A stretch of 64,000 nucleotides of DNA, taken from IMG/VR virus record IMGVR_UViG_3300009155_000035. One strand, 5' to 3'. Within the stretch, counting starts at the first letter, position 1. Each line of letters starts with the position of its first letter. Positions 9,026 through 17,959 of this stretch are shown here, piece by piece. The translations under genes were made by a program, and so were the position numbers. The notes under the pieces were generated by a model. The model worked only from the letters and a program-made list of their open reading frames with translations, did not search any database and was not told where the DNA came from. Origin of the DNA: a virus (Duplodnaviria > Caudoviricetes).

Positions 9026-9605
9026 AATTTTTCAACAAGTAAAAGAGTTCTTGCCGCCAGTTAGTGGCGATGAAGTATTTGTCGAGATCGGCAGTGATCG
9101 CTACGAAGGATCAACTGCTTACTTTGCAGAACTTGCCTTGGAACGAGGCACAGTATTACACACAGTTGACGTTATTAACGATGCTCAACAGCGACTACGT
9201 AAACTAGATGGGGTCGAGTGGCACCTTGGCACTGGCAGCGAATGGGCCAAGACAATGTATCCAACAATTAACCGACCAATCACTTGCTTGTATCTTGACA
9301 ACTTTGACTACATTTGGGAAGCATCGCCAAATCGTAAACTACGATACATCGAAGAACAAATCAAATTTTACAAAGACACATTCAATGTTGACATGAACAA
9401 TCAAAATTGTCAAATTGAACACTTCAAACAAATACAAGCATTGTATCCTTACCTAGCTGACCATTGTGTTGTGGTATGTGACGATACATACCCTGTTAAT
9501 GATTGTTGGATTGGCAAATGCGGTGCAGTGGTTATATTTTTGTTGGCCAATAGATTTTCCATTGTCAGTAGAACCGATGATTGCGGCATAATTTTAGTTA
9601 GATAA
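9018..9605 (+). CDS. Class I SAM-dependent methyltransferase-like protein
   Basis: FVEIGS motif I, LYLD, VVVCDD. Confidence 0.6.
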   Translation: MGKIFQQVKEFLPPVSGDEVFVEIGSDRYEGSTAYFAELALERGTVLHTVDVINDAQQRLRKLDGVEWHLGTGSEWAKTMYPTINRPITCLYLDNFDYIWEASPNRKLRYIEEQIKFYKDTFNVDMNNQNCQIEHFKQIQALYPYLADHCVVVCDDTYPVNDCWIGKCGAVVIFLLANRFSIVSRTDDCGIILVR

Positions 9606-9614
9606 ACAAATAGG

Positions 9615-9643
9615 TTGACTACACTTGCACAACCATTTATAAT
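9615..9643 (+). promoter_or_regulatory. Sigma70-type promoter
   Basis: GG-TTGACT-17bp-TATAAT, 7 nt before ATG 9651. Confidence 0.75.
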
Positions 9644-9650
9644 GTAATAT

Positions 9651-10151
9651 ATGAGAATACTAACACTTGACGATACGGCATATGATTTAAACACGTTGCC
9701 AGAAGAAGTAGATGACATGCGTTTTGCTATTTTAGATAATAGCGATCCCAACGCACCAGATTACTTTTACATACCTTTGATTTTTCTTGAAAGCTTTAAT
9801 AGCCCAGCTTTGGTATTGAAAATTGGAGAGCATACAATTCGAATGCCCATGGACTGGCAAGTACTAATTGGGGAACCAGACATAGGTGACTTAGAAGTAC
9901 TGCCACTCACAGCTATCAACGATCGTGGCTTCAGAGTATTTCAGTTCAATCCGCTAAGTAGTTTTAGGCCCAGCTTTCCAGACATTGAAATCGTGGATGT
10001 GTATCACGAAGTAACATGGTATGCCCCAAAGTTAAAAAATGGACAAATGCTAGCTGTGCCACTCACTGATGGGGACACCCCAGAATGTGTCTACTTTGTC
10101 AAAGATGTAAGCCGTAATTGCGAAGTAGTCAATTATAATTTGGCCTGGTAA
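9651..10151 (+). CDS. Hypothetical phage protein
   Basis: 166-aa ORF directly behind a promoter. Confidence 0.7.
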   Translation: MRILTLDDTAYDLNTLPEEVDDMRFAILDNSDPNAPDYFYIPLIFLESFNSPALVLKIGEHTIRMPMDWQVLIGEPDIGDLEVLPLTAINDRGFRVFQFNPLSSFRPSFPDIEIVDVYHEVTWYAPKLKNGQMLAVPLTDGDTPECVYFVKDVSRNCEVVNYNLAW

Positions 10152-10153
10152 TT

Positions 10154-10363
10154 ATGGATCAATACAAAGACGACGGAACTGACCGCAAGGTAGTTGCACT
10201 TCATAAAGATAAAACAGAACAAGAATTGCATACCAAGATTAGCGAACTAGCTCGCAAAGTTGAAGAACAAGATGCTAAAATACAGCGCATGCATCGCGAC
10301 ATTGTGCGTTTGCGAGAAGCCATTAACCAAGTAGCAATTAGATCAAACCCAAATGCTCGATAA
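10154..10363 (+). CDS. Small coiled-coil protein
   Basis: Heptad pattern; coupled to the next gene. Confidence 0.6.
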   Translation: MDQYKDDGTDRKVVALHKDKTEQELHTKISELARKVEEQDAKIQRMHRDIVRLREAINQVAIRSNPNAR

Positions 10364-10793
10364 ACTACACATTCGAAATGAGATGGCAAATCTTGATCGA
10401 AAGAATCGCGAGTTCTACGACAGCTTGACTGATGAGGAACGCAAGAAGTTCAGTCCTTATCTCATGATTCGCTGGAGCAGTGCAATTGATGGAGACAGAG
10501 AACTTCAAGAGTATTATGTAAGAAGTTGCAATCACTATCTTAATCGAGACTTCTTTGCAGTCAATCGTCATCCCAAACTGCAATGGCTCATGGCAACCGC
10601 AGTAAGCCCGGATCTGGGTACGCCTTCGCACTCTTGGATAAAGCCCAAACCAAAAGAAAAAGGTGACAATGAAGTTAAGAAAAAGTTGATGTCGTTATAC
10701 CCAAACATGAAGATGGACGAGATCGAATTGCTCAGTAAGCTAGTATCTAAAAAAGATATAGCTGCCTATATGCGTGAGATGGGTGATGATTGA
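10353..10793 (+). CDS. Possible clamp-loader small subunit (T4 gp62-like)
   Basis: FSPYLMIRWSS...QWL...SWIKPK pattern recalls gp62-type proteins; replication context. Confidence 0.45.
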   Translation: MLDKLHIRNEMANLDRKNREFYDSLTDEERKKFSPYLMIRWSSAIDGDRELQEYYVRSCNHYLNRDFFAVNRHPKLQWLMATAVSPDLGTPSHSWIKPKPKEKGDNEVKKKLMSLYPNMKMDEIELLSKLVSKKDIAAYMREMGDD

Positions 10794-11470
10794 ACATGTC
10801 TTATATTTGCCGATATTGTGACCGAGAGTTTGTTAAAGAAACCAGTTTACAAGTACATGTTTGCGAACACAAGAAGAGATATCTTGAACGTGAAGAAACA
10901 GGTGTACAAATTGGATTGCAAGCATACTTGACTTTCTATGAGATTACTCAAGGATCAGCTAAACTAAAATCCTGGGACGACTTTGTCAAGAGTCCGTACT
11001 ACAGGGCATTTGTTAAATTTGGTAGATACTGTCAAAGTATTCGCGCAATCAACATTTCACGTTTTATCGATTGGCTGCTCAAGAACAACAAAAAAATTGA
11101 CTACTGGTGTCGCGATACTGTGTATACAGAATATTTGGAAAGTTATCTCAAAGTAGAAGCAGTTACCGACGCACTGGCTAGAGCAATAGAATACAGCATT
11201 GCTTGGGCTGAGATCACAGACAGTCCGTCGCATGATTGTTTGAGATTTGGCAACGACAATGTTATTTGCCACAACATCATATCAGGTCGTATAAGCCCCT
11301 GGGTGGTGTACAATTGTGACTCGGGCATTGAGTTTTTGGGTCGTATCAATCAAGAACAACTTGCTATGATTTGGAACTTGGTAGACACAGATTTTTGGAG
11401 TAAAAAATTCCAGGATTATGTGGCCGATCAAGAATATGTCAAAGATATCTTAAAACAAGCAGGATGGTAA
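10790..11470 (+). CDS. Hypothetical protein with N-terminal zinc-finger-like motif
   Basis: CRYC...HVCEH. Confidence 0.6.
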   Translation: MNMSYICRYCDREFVKETSLQVHVCEHKKRYLEREETGVQIGLQAYLTFYEITQGSAKLKSWDDFVKSPYYRAFVKFGRYCQSIRAINISRFIDWLLKNNKKIDYWCRDTVYTEYLESYLKVEAVTDALARAIEYSIAWAEITDSPSHDCLRFGNDNVICHNIISGRISPWVVYNCDSGIEFLGRINQEQLAMIWNLVDTDFWSKKFQDYVADQEYVKDILKQAGW

Positions 11471-11737
11471 ATGCCAGCTGGTGTAATAGTGTTGAGCAAA
11501 GACACCTGGGAAGACTTGGAAGATCGCCTGCGAGATGAATATGCACATACACCAAGTGTGATGCTTATTAGAAGCCGCATGAGAGAAGTACTGGGATTTA
11601 CTCCGCGGGTTCACAGTCAATGGATTGAATTCACACCAGCCAACAGCACTGTTCCTAGAATCCGTCTGATTGAAGAAGTGCATTTAGATTTTTTCAATCC
11701 AGCACAAGAAACATTTTTTAGACTAAAATATCTATGA
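11471..11737 (+). CDS. Hypothetical protein
   Basis: 88-aa coupled ORF. Confidence 0.6.
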   Translation: MPAGVIVLSKDTWEDLEDRLRDEYAHTPSVMLIRSRMREVLGFTPRVHSQWIEFTPANSTVPRIRLIEEVHLDFFNPAQETFFRLKYL

Positions 11738-12723
11738 CACCAATTGATTTCATGGGCGGGTCTCATGGAAACTTCCTTGAATTTGTTTGCAACAAGTTTC
11801 TTGCCAAGGTACCTGTTGCCGCTGATATTCCGTTTAACTTATACGGCGCCAGTCATGGCAAACAATACTTGGGCAAGAAAGAATTTGTATGCGCTCACTA
11901 CTCGGTGTTTGGCGAACCAGTTCCAGCAGGCAAAGTGATATCAATACAAATTACGCAGGATGATTTACTTGCGTTACAATGTATCAGTCTACTTCGAGCC
12001 GGGGACTACGATATTAATCCAAATCAACTTGAAGTCAACACTTACAACAAGTTAAACAATCGAGACTATCGTTGGGTACTTGATAATTTGTGCAACAAAT
12101 ATTTTGATAACCAAGTAGCAGAAAGTTACCAAGCAATCGCCGACCCAAATTGGCCATGTGTTACCAGTGTTGATGAATACAATCAACTACCAGAACCAAT
12201 ACGTGTTGAATGTGAGCAGGTACACAGCCTACAATTATATCAGTTTAATTCTGAACATCCAGATTGTCCTAGATATATTTTACGAGAGTTTTTTAAATTT
12301 GGATTTGCTAATCCAGACAAGCATGGATTCATTGCTCATCAACAGTTAATGCAGTATACTAGTGAACATAGTGTTTACATATTTCCCTATTCAAGTTTTT
12401 ATGACACTGATGTTTTTGTAACCGAGGTAGTCAAGTTGTCAAACTGGATGGGATTGTCGTTTACGCCTGATGAGGAATTTGTAACTTTGCACCAAGAATT
12501 TTTAAAACGGCAAGTGTATAAAAATGTCAAACAGGATTGTGAGTCAATTGTTGAAAAAATCATGCTTGGTGAACAGTTTAGATTGCCAAGCTTGGATGTT
12601 ATTCAAGAAGCATATATTGAAGCCAGGATTGAACAGTTGACAGGAATACAGATGCCACTGAATCAACACAAGTGGTTTTTTAATTCAATAGAAATACAAA
12701 ATTTATATGAGCGCCGACGTTGA
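11734..12723 (+). CDS. Hypothetical protein carrying a D-x2-WP...LP module
   Basis: 329 aa; GGSHGNFL N-terminus; module at 12127-12225. Confidence 0.55.
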   Translation: MTPIDFMGGSHGNFLEFVCNKFLAKVPVAADIPFNLYGASHGKQYLGKKEFVCAHYSVFGEPVPAGKVISIQITQDDLLALQCISLLRAGDYDINPNQLEVNTYNKLNNRDYRWVLDNLCNKYFDNQVAESYQAIADPNWPCVTSVDEYNQLPEPIRVECEQVHSLQLYQFNSEHPDCPRYILREFFKFGFANPDKHGFIAHQQLMQYTSEHSVYIFPYSSFYDTDVFVTEVVKLSNWMGLSFTPDEEFVTLHQEFLKRQVYKNVKQDCESIVEKIMLGEQFRLPSLDVIQEAYIEARIEQLTGIQMPLNQHKWFFNSIEIQNLYERRR

Positions 12724-13285
12724 CATTGATTTGCCTGACAGGGATGTTTTATTACGTTTAATAAAGCATATACCAGCAAGGTTGGAACTTGGAACATCAG
12801 TACGCAAGCATAACTCGGGTGTGTACATCACTGATATCCCACAAGACCCAGTCAATGGGTGTGCGGCATTGGATTATGAATCTGCCGAACAACGTGGTTA
12901 TTTTAAAATTGACTTGCTGAACATGAGTGTGTACAGCTTGGTCAAAGATCCAGAACACTACAGGACAATGCTTGATGCAGAGCCACCTTGGTCTCGATCA
13001 TGGACTGATAAGGCCTGGGCTTCTCAACTGGTACATGTGGGCAATTATACTGACTTGTTAGCAGAAATGAAACCTGATTCTATACCACGCATGGCAGCTT
13101 TTATTTCTATAATTAGACCAGGCAAGGCCCACTTACAGCATAAGTCTTGGCAAGAAGTTTTTGCTACAGTATGGGATGGTGACAGCAGTAAGGGTTTTAC
13201 ATTTAAAAAATCACATGCTTTGAGTTATGCTCACTTGGTTGCATTGCACATGAATTTAATCAACTCTACGGACCAAAGTAATTGA
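12707..13285 (+). CDS. dnaE: Minimal DNA polymerase III alpha (C-family) catalytic fragment
   Basis: DVDID, HNSGV, GYFKIDLL, IIRPG and FTFKKSHA in DnaE order within 192 aa. Confidence 0.75.
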   Translation: MSADVDIDLPDRDVLLRLIKHIPARLELGTSVRKHNSGVYITDIPQDPVNGCAALDYESAEQRGYFKIDLLNMSVYSLVKDPEHYRTMLDAEPPWSRSWTDKAWASQLVHVGNYTDLLAEMKPDSIPRMAAFISIIRPGKAHLQHKSWQEVFATVWDGDSSKGFTFKKSHALSYAHLVALHMNLINSTDQSN

Positions 13286-13633
13286 TCTTCTCTTGCTTTT
13301 GCGTTTGGTGATATCATTTAAGCTACAAACAGGACCATGAATAATTTCCAAGTCCTTGTTGCTAAATGTACGTAGATAAACCTTGAAATCGTCCCACTCG
13401 CCTTTAAGGAAGATGTTGATTGGGATACTACGGTTGCTCTCCCACCACCAAACATTTGCAAGTTCTAAGAACTTTTGCTTGTGTTCATTGTTTGCTATAC
13501 TACCAAAATCGTAGATAGTTGTGACTGTATTGTCTTGATTTTGTATAATACCAACGTACTCTATCCCTGCATACACGCACAGCGTTATGAACGGATAGTG
13601 TTCGCTAAGAGTACTAAACATATTTTTACCCAT
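13256..13633 (-). CDS. Hypothetical phage protein
   Basis: 125-aa ORF, basic C-terminus, convergent with the dnaE fragment. Confidence 0.65.
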   Translation of the reverse strand: MGKNMFSTLSEHYPFITLCVYAGIEYVGIIQNQDNTVTTIYDFGSIANNEHKQKFLELANVWWWESNRSIPINIFLKGEWDDFKVYLRTFSNKDLEIIHGPVCSLNDITKRKSKRRSITLVRRVD

Positions 13634-13653
13634 AAATACTCCAGAGATTCCCT

Positions 13654-14439
13654 ATGTATTCGACCACAGCCTATTTATATCAGCAAATCCAACCGGTGAT
13701 TTTGGTAGACATCACGGGAGCCTATTTTGATCGGAGATGGCAACCAGTGTACGCAAAAAACTTAACACTTAATCTGGGTGTAGACAATGTAATATTGTTC
13801 CAGTTTCAGAATCAGGATCAGAAACCTGTAAATATTACAGGTGCAACCTTCACGTTTCGCATTATCAGCCAAAATGGTCAAGACCTGCTATTCTCCAAGG
13901 AACTAGTAAGTTTAAGCAATCAACTGGGTCGAGCCAAGGTAACTATCACTGCCGAAGAATCAATGCATTTCCAGGAGCAGCCAGCAAACTGGAGTATTGA
14001 AATAAGCTCGGGTGTACTGAACCAAGCAGTATACACTGATGATAAATGCAGTGCTCGCGGCGTAATTGACATTGTCAACTCGGTGTTCCCGGCGTTTGTT
14101 GCAAGCCGGATTTTGACGATTCCAAGTCAAGCACCTGACAGTTCAATTTACTATTCCAGCACAGTGACCACTGACGGGTCTCCTTTGACAACCTTCCAGT
14201 TAGATACTGCTAACTACACAGGTACTATTGCAGTACAAGGCGCAACTGATGCAACAGCAAATACCGTCGAGTGGTACAACATTGATTTTCAGGATCTAGC
14301 AACTGGTAACACAGTTAGTGAGTTAACAGTCACTAGTTCAACCTCAAGACGTGGTATTAATGTTCAAGGATATCATCCTTATCTAAGATTAGAATTTGGC
14401 ATCAGTAATGGAAATGTAGATCTAATTAGTTACAGATGA
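13654..14439 (+). CDS. Probable virion structural protein (Ig/BppU-N-like beta sandwich)
   Basis: GVDNVILFQFQNQDQKPVNITG pattern, beta-rich, TAAATA at 13633-13638. Confidence 0.5.
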   Translation: MYSTTAYLYQQIQPVILVDITGAYFDRRWQPVYAKNLTLNLGVDNVILFQFQNQDQKPVNITGATFTFRIISQNGQDLLFSKELVSLSNQLGRAKVTITAEESMHFQEQPANWSIEISSGVLNQAVYTDDKCSARGVIDIVNSVFPAFVASRILTIPSQAPDSSIYYSSTVTTDGSPLTTFQLDTANYTGTIAVQGATDATANTVEWYNIDFQDLATGNTVSELTVTSSTSRRGINVQGYHPYLRLEFGISNGNVDLISYR

Positions 14440-15173
14440 AGTTTAAAAAAATTGTAGGTTTTGGGGATAGCTGGGTTTGGGGCGACGAGTTACTGGACCC
14501 AGTTTTGCTTTCTAAAGACAAAAATGCACATCCAAGTTGGATGCAAAATACTCCTTACAGAGAAAGCAATTGCTTTTTGGGATTGCTAGGCAAACATTAC
14601 AACGTCCCAGCTGAAAACTTTGGAATCCCCGGTGGAAGTTTACAAAGTACCATTTGGACTTTTCTTTGGTGGCTGCATCACGAACCCAATCCATCAGAGT
14701 GCCTGGTACTAACCGGCTTAACTGAAGGTAGTAGAATGAGTTTTTTCAATCCCAACCATCAACGCATGAACAACGACCCACCGTGGAACAAATTTGTACA
14801 CAGTGCCTGGGTACATGCCGGGGTTGAAGACGGGCCTGTTACTCGAGACTGGTCCGATATGATCAAACGTTACATGGTATTAAGTGAAAGCGATCCACTG
14901 AGCTTGTTAAATTACCAACAAGCATTGTATACATTTGATGGCATTGCTGCCAGACGAAATATACCCATGCTAATTTGGGATATAAGTCCCCCACAAGAAG
15001 AATTATCAGTACCAACAAAAATTTGGACAGGCTTTAACTTTGTACATTGGCTAAGACGCCATCCAAATGAACTAGAGTTAACATTTCCGGGCGGCCACCC
15101 GAATGAAAAAGGGCACTTAATACTCCGAGATATGTTGCAAGATGAGATTGATCGTGTTATACTATCACAGTGA
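14436..15173 (+). CDS. SGNH/GDSL hydrolase-like protein
   Basis: GFGDSW block I and GGHPNEKGH block V. Confidence 0.7.
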   Translation: MKFKKIVGFGDSWVWGDELLDPVLLSKDKNAHPSWMQNTPYRESNCFLGLLGKHYNVPAENFGIPGGSLQSTIWTFLWWLHHEPNPSECLVLTGLTEGSRMSFFNPNHQRMNNDPPWNKFVHSAWVHAGVEDGPVTRDWSDMIKRYMVLSESDPLSLLNYQQALYTFDGIAARRNIPMLIWDISPPQEELSVPTKIWTGFNFVHWLRRHPNELELTFPGGHPNEKGHLILRDMLQDEIDRVILSQ

Positions 15174-16150
15174 TCAACGTATTCGATTATCTGCCAGGCA
15201 AACGCAAACAAACACCATCAGGATGGGTCAGCTTCAATGCGGTTTGTTGCACTCATAATGGCAACAGCTTAGACCGACGCCAGCGAGGTGGATTCAAAGC
15301 AACCGAACAAGGCTGGAGCTACCACTGCTTTAATTGTGGGTATACTGCTAGTTTTATTCTTGGAAGGCAGCTAACATTCAAAGCCCGTAAGCTATTGACC
15401 TGGCTAAACGTGCCAGATGCAGAGATTGAACATGTTAACTTAGAAAGTCTAAAGCATCGCAACATACACGGCATCATAGACGACAGGCAACAAATGTTTA
15501 ATACTCTTCAAGCCATTGAGTTTGAAGAACGAGATCTACCGCCCTTTGCAGAGTTGTTGACCGATGAAAATGCGGGGTACACAGAATATGTGAGATCCAG
15601 GTGCGTGCCAGAAGACTTTCCTGTGATGATACAAGAGCGCAACGACGGTGTTCATTGGGTGCGTCCGCACGTGGTAATTCCGTTTACACACAATGACAAA
15701 ATTGTGGGATGGACTTGTAGATTTTTAGACAACAAGCAACCCAAGTTTATCAGTGACAGCCAGCCAGGTTATGTATTTGGCACAGACTTGCAACACAGCG
15801 ATTGGCAGTATGTGATTGTTACTGAAGGAATTTTTGATGCACTCTCTATAGGCGGTCTAGCGTTAATGCACAATACTATAAGCGATGCTCAGGCAAGATT
15901 AATACGCAGTCTAGGAAAAGAAATTGTTGTAGTACCAGATCAAGACAAACCGGGTATGAAGTTGGTTGACCGCGCAGTAGAGCTTAACTGGGCAGTGAGT
16001 ATACCCAATTGGCCCGAGGACGTCAAAGATGTCAACGATGCAGTGATTAGATATGGCAAGTTGGCCACTTTGATGATGATTATGCAGGCAAAAGAAACAT
16101 CCAAGATCAAAATAGAGATGCAAAAGAAAAAGGTACTAAAGCGTGTCTAA
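15170..16150 (+). CDS. DNA primase (T4 gp61/DnaG-like: Zn finger + TOPRIM)
   Basis: CC..H...HCFNC, VTEGIFDAL, VPDQD, KDVND. Confidence 0.9.
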   Translation: MINVFDYLPGKRKQTPSGWVSFNAVCCTHNGNSLDRRQRGGFKATEQGWSYHCFNCGYTASFILGRQLTFKARKLLTWLNVPDAEIEHVNLESLKHRNIHGIIDDRQQMFNTLQAIEFEERDLPPFAELLTDENAGYTEYVRSRCVPEDFPVMIQERNDGVHWVRPHVVIPFTHNDKIVGWTCRFLDNKQPKFISDSQPGYVFGTDLQHSDWQYVIVTEGIFDALSIGGLALMHNTISDAQARLIRSLGKEIVVVPDQDKPGMKLVDRAVELNWAVSIPNWPEDVKDVNDAVIRYGKLATLMMIMQAKETSKIKIEMQKKKVLKRV

Positions 16151-17243
16151 TTCATGGTGCCCAGAAATATTTCGCAGTATCTATGTTGATAGATTTAATG
16201 ATGATCAAATACGATTTGCACCCTGCTGTCAAGCACTGCCAACAATAGAACCTTTGTCTACATTTGATTTTGCCACCAATCAATATCTAACTGGTCTAAG
16301 AGAACAAATAGCACAAGGCAAAAAACCCACTGAGTGTGATTCATGTTGGAAAGTAGAACGTGTAGGGCAAAAAAGTCGTAGACAAAGTGCTATTGAATTC
16401 TTTTCAATTGAGCCTAATATAGACGTGGTGTTAGAAAGTATTGATCACAGCGCCACATGGGCTTGCAATTCTGCTTGTGTAATGTGCAAACCACAGCATA
16501 GCAGTATGTGGGCCAGTGAGTTAAACTACAGTGCAGACGAATTGTACAAAGCTGGACGACGTTTTCAAAAAGCCAATAATTTTTTAGAGTACCTTGATAT
16601 TACAAACATTAAGAAAATACATTTCAATGGCGGAGAGCCGTTGTTAAACAACGATCAAGTTGAGTTGTTGGAAAAACTAAAGACCAACAACAAGTTGTCA
16701 TCTACATTTGTGAGCTATAATACAAACGGCACAGTTTATCCCTCACAAAAGATTTTGAATTTATGGGCAGAGACTCGTTTGGTAAAGTTGTTTTTTAGTT
16801 TAGATGCAATTGGCCCTGCATTTAACTACATACGTTGGCCAGGAGATTGGAACCAAGTGCGTGACAATATTTTGAGACTGCGTGATACTGCACCATCAAA
16901 TGTTATGTTTGGGATCAACGCCACAGTAGGTGCTCATAATTTATTAGAGATTGGTGCAATGTATCAGTGGTTTGACGCAAATTTAAAAACCAACCGAGAA
17001 GGTGACCCATCGGATTTTTGTTGGCAATTTGCCGATAACTTTCCAGTGTCTGCGGTGCCCGAGCAAGTTAAAAATAAAGCCATCGAACAATTGTCCAATG
17101 TTGATGTATTGACTCCATTGGCAGACCATGTTAAATATAACCCACCCAGCAGTTATCCGTGGACACAAACGTTAGATACAATTGATCAACGACGCGGAAC
17201 CGACTGGCGTACTGTGTTAGAAATTGGAAAATATGACTGTTAA
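16143..17243 (+). CDS. Radical SAM protein with N-terminal twitch-like Cys cluster
   Basis: CNSACVMC, FNGGEPL, N-terminal WCP...PCC...CDSC. Confidence 0.85.
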   Translation: MSNSWCPEIFRSIYVDRFNDDQIRFAPCCQALPTIEPLSTFDFATNQYLTGLREQIAQGKKPTECDSCWKVERVGQKSRRQSAIEFFSIEPNIDVVLESIDHSATWACNSACVMCKPQHSSMWASELNYSADELYKAGRRFQKANNFLEYLDITNIKKIHFNGGEPLLNNDQVELLEKLKTNNKLSSTFVSYNTNGTVYPSQKILNLWAETRLVKLFFSLDAIGPAFNYIRWPGDWNQVRDNILRLRDTAPSNVMFGINATVGAHNLLEIGAMYQWFDANLKTNREGDPSDFCWQFADNFPVSAVPEQVKNKAIEQLSNVDVLTPLADHVKYNPPSSYPWTQTLDTIDQRRGTDWRTVLEIGKYDC

Positions 17244-17958
17244 CTATCAATTTTACGAAACCACAACATGCAAGGCCGCCTGGGACAACTACATGGGCCT
17301 AGATACTAGTATGCGTCCATTGAATGGCTTGTGTTTGATTTACTACGTGATCAAACATTTTCAACCACAGAGCATTTTAGAAATTGGATTTAGAGAAGGC
17401 ATGACATTTGCCGCAATGCTAGAAGCATCCACGCCCGGTTGTCACTTAACTGGTATTGATATCAAACTCACAAGAGAACACTTTGACAAATACTTTAACA
17501 AGATACAACTTACACACGATAGGCGTATTGATTTGTTTGAAATACCCAGTCAAAACTTTATTCCAGATCGCAAATATGATTTTGTCAATGTTGATGGATG
17601 TCACGAGTACCCACAGGTATTGACTGACCTAGCGACAGTGAGTCGTGTTGTGGAAAACAATGCAATCATCATGCTTGATGATTATGCCACACCCGGAGTG
17701 GACCAAGCCATTGATGATTTTATGAAGCTAGACACAGGATTTGTGCCGTTTTTAAAAGATCGTCAAGCAGTGTTTTTTCATCACGAGAGTCACGATGCTT
17801 CGGAGTTTCTTGACAATGTATTAGACAAAACATTCTTTGACTTAGCATCACTTTATAATGTACAATACAAAGGACACAACACTAAAGAAGTAAACTTTTG
17901 GCCAGCCATAAAAGATAACAAAATATTTTGGCTCATGTGTAACCGACTAAAAATATAA
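17233..17958 (+). CDS. Class I SAM-dependent methyltransferase
   Basis: ILEIGFREG, FVNVDGCHEY, IMLDDY. Confidence 0.75.
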   Translation: MTVNYQFYETTTCKAAWDNYMGLDTSMRPLNGLCLIYYVIKHFQPQSILEIGFREGMTFAAMLEASTPGCHLTGIDIKLTREHFDKYFNKIQLTHDRRIDLFEIPSQNFIPDRKYDFVNVDGCHEYPQVLTDLATVSRVVENNAIIMLDDYATPGVDQAIDDFMKLDTGFVPFLKDRQAVFFHHESHDASEFLDNVLDKTFFDLASLYNVQYKGHNTKEVNFWPAIKDNKIFWLMCNRLKI

Positions 17959-17959
17959 T

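Noticed and set aside
12707-13285. dnaE pseudogene
   Set aside because: Open frame with all core motifs in order, internal regions cleanly shortened and no decayed dnaE in the flanks; more consistent with a reduced or split gene, though not proven
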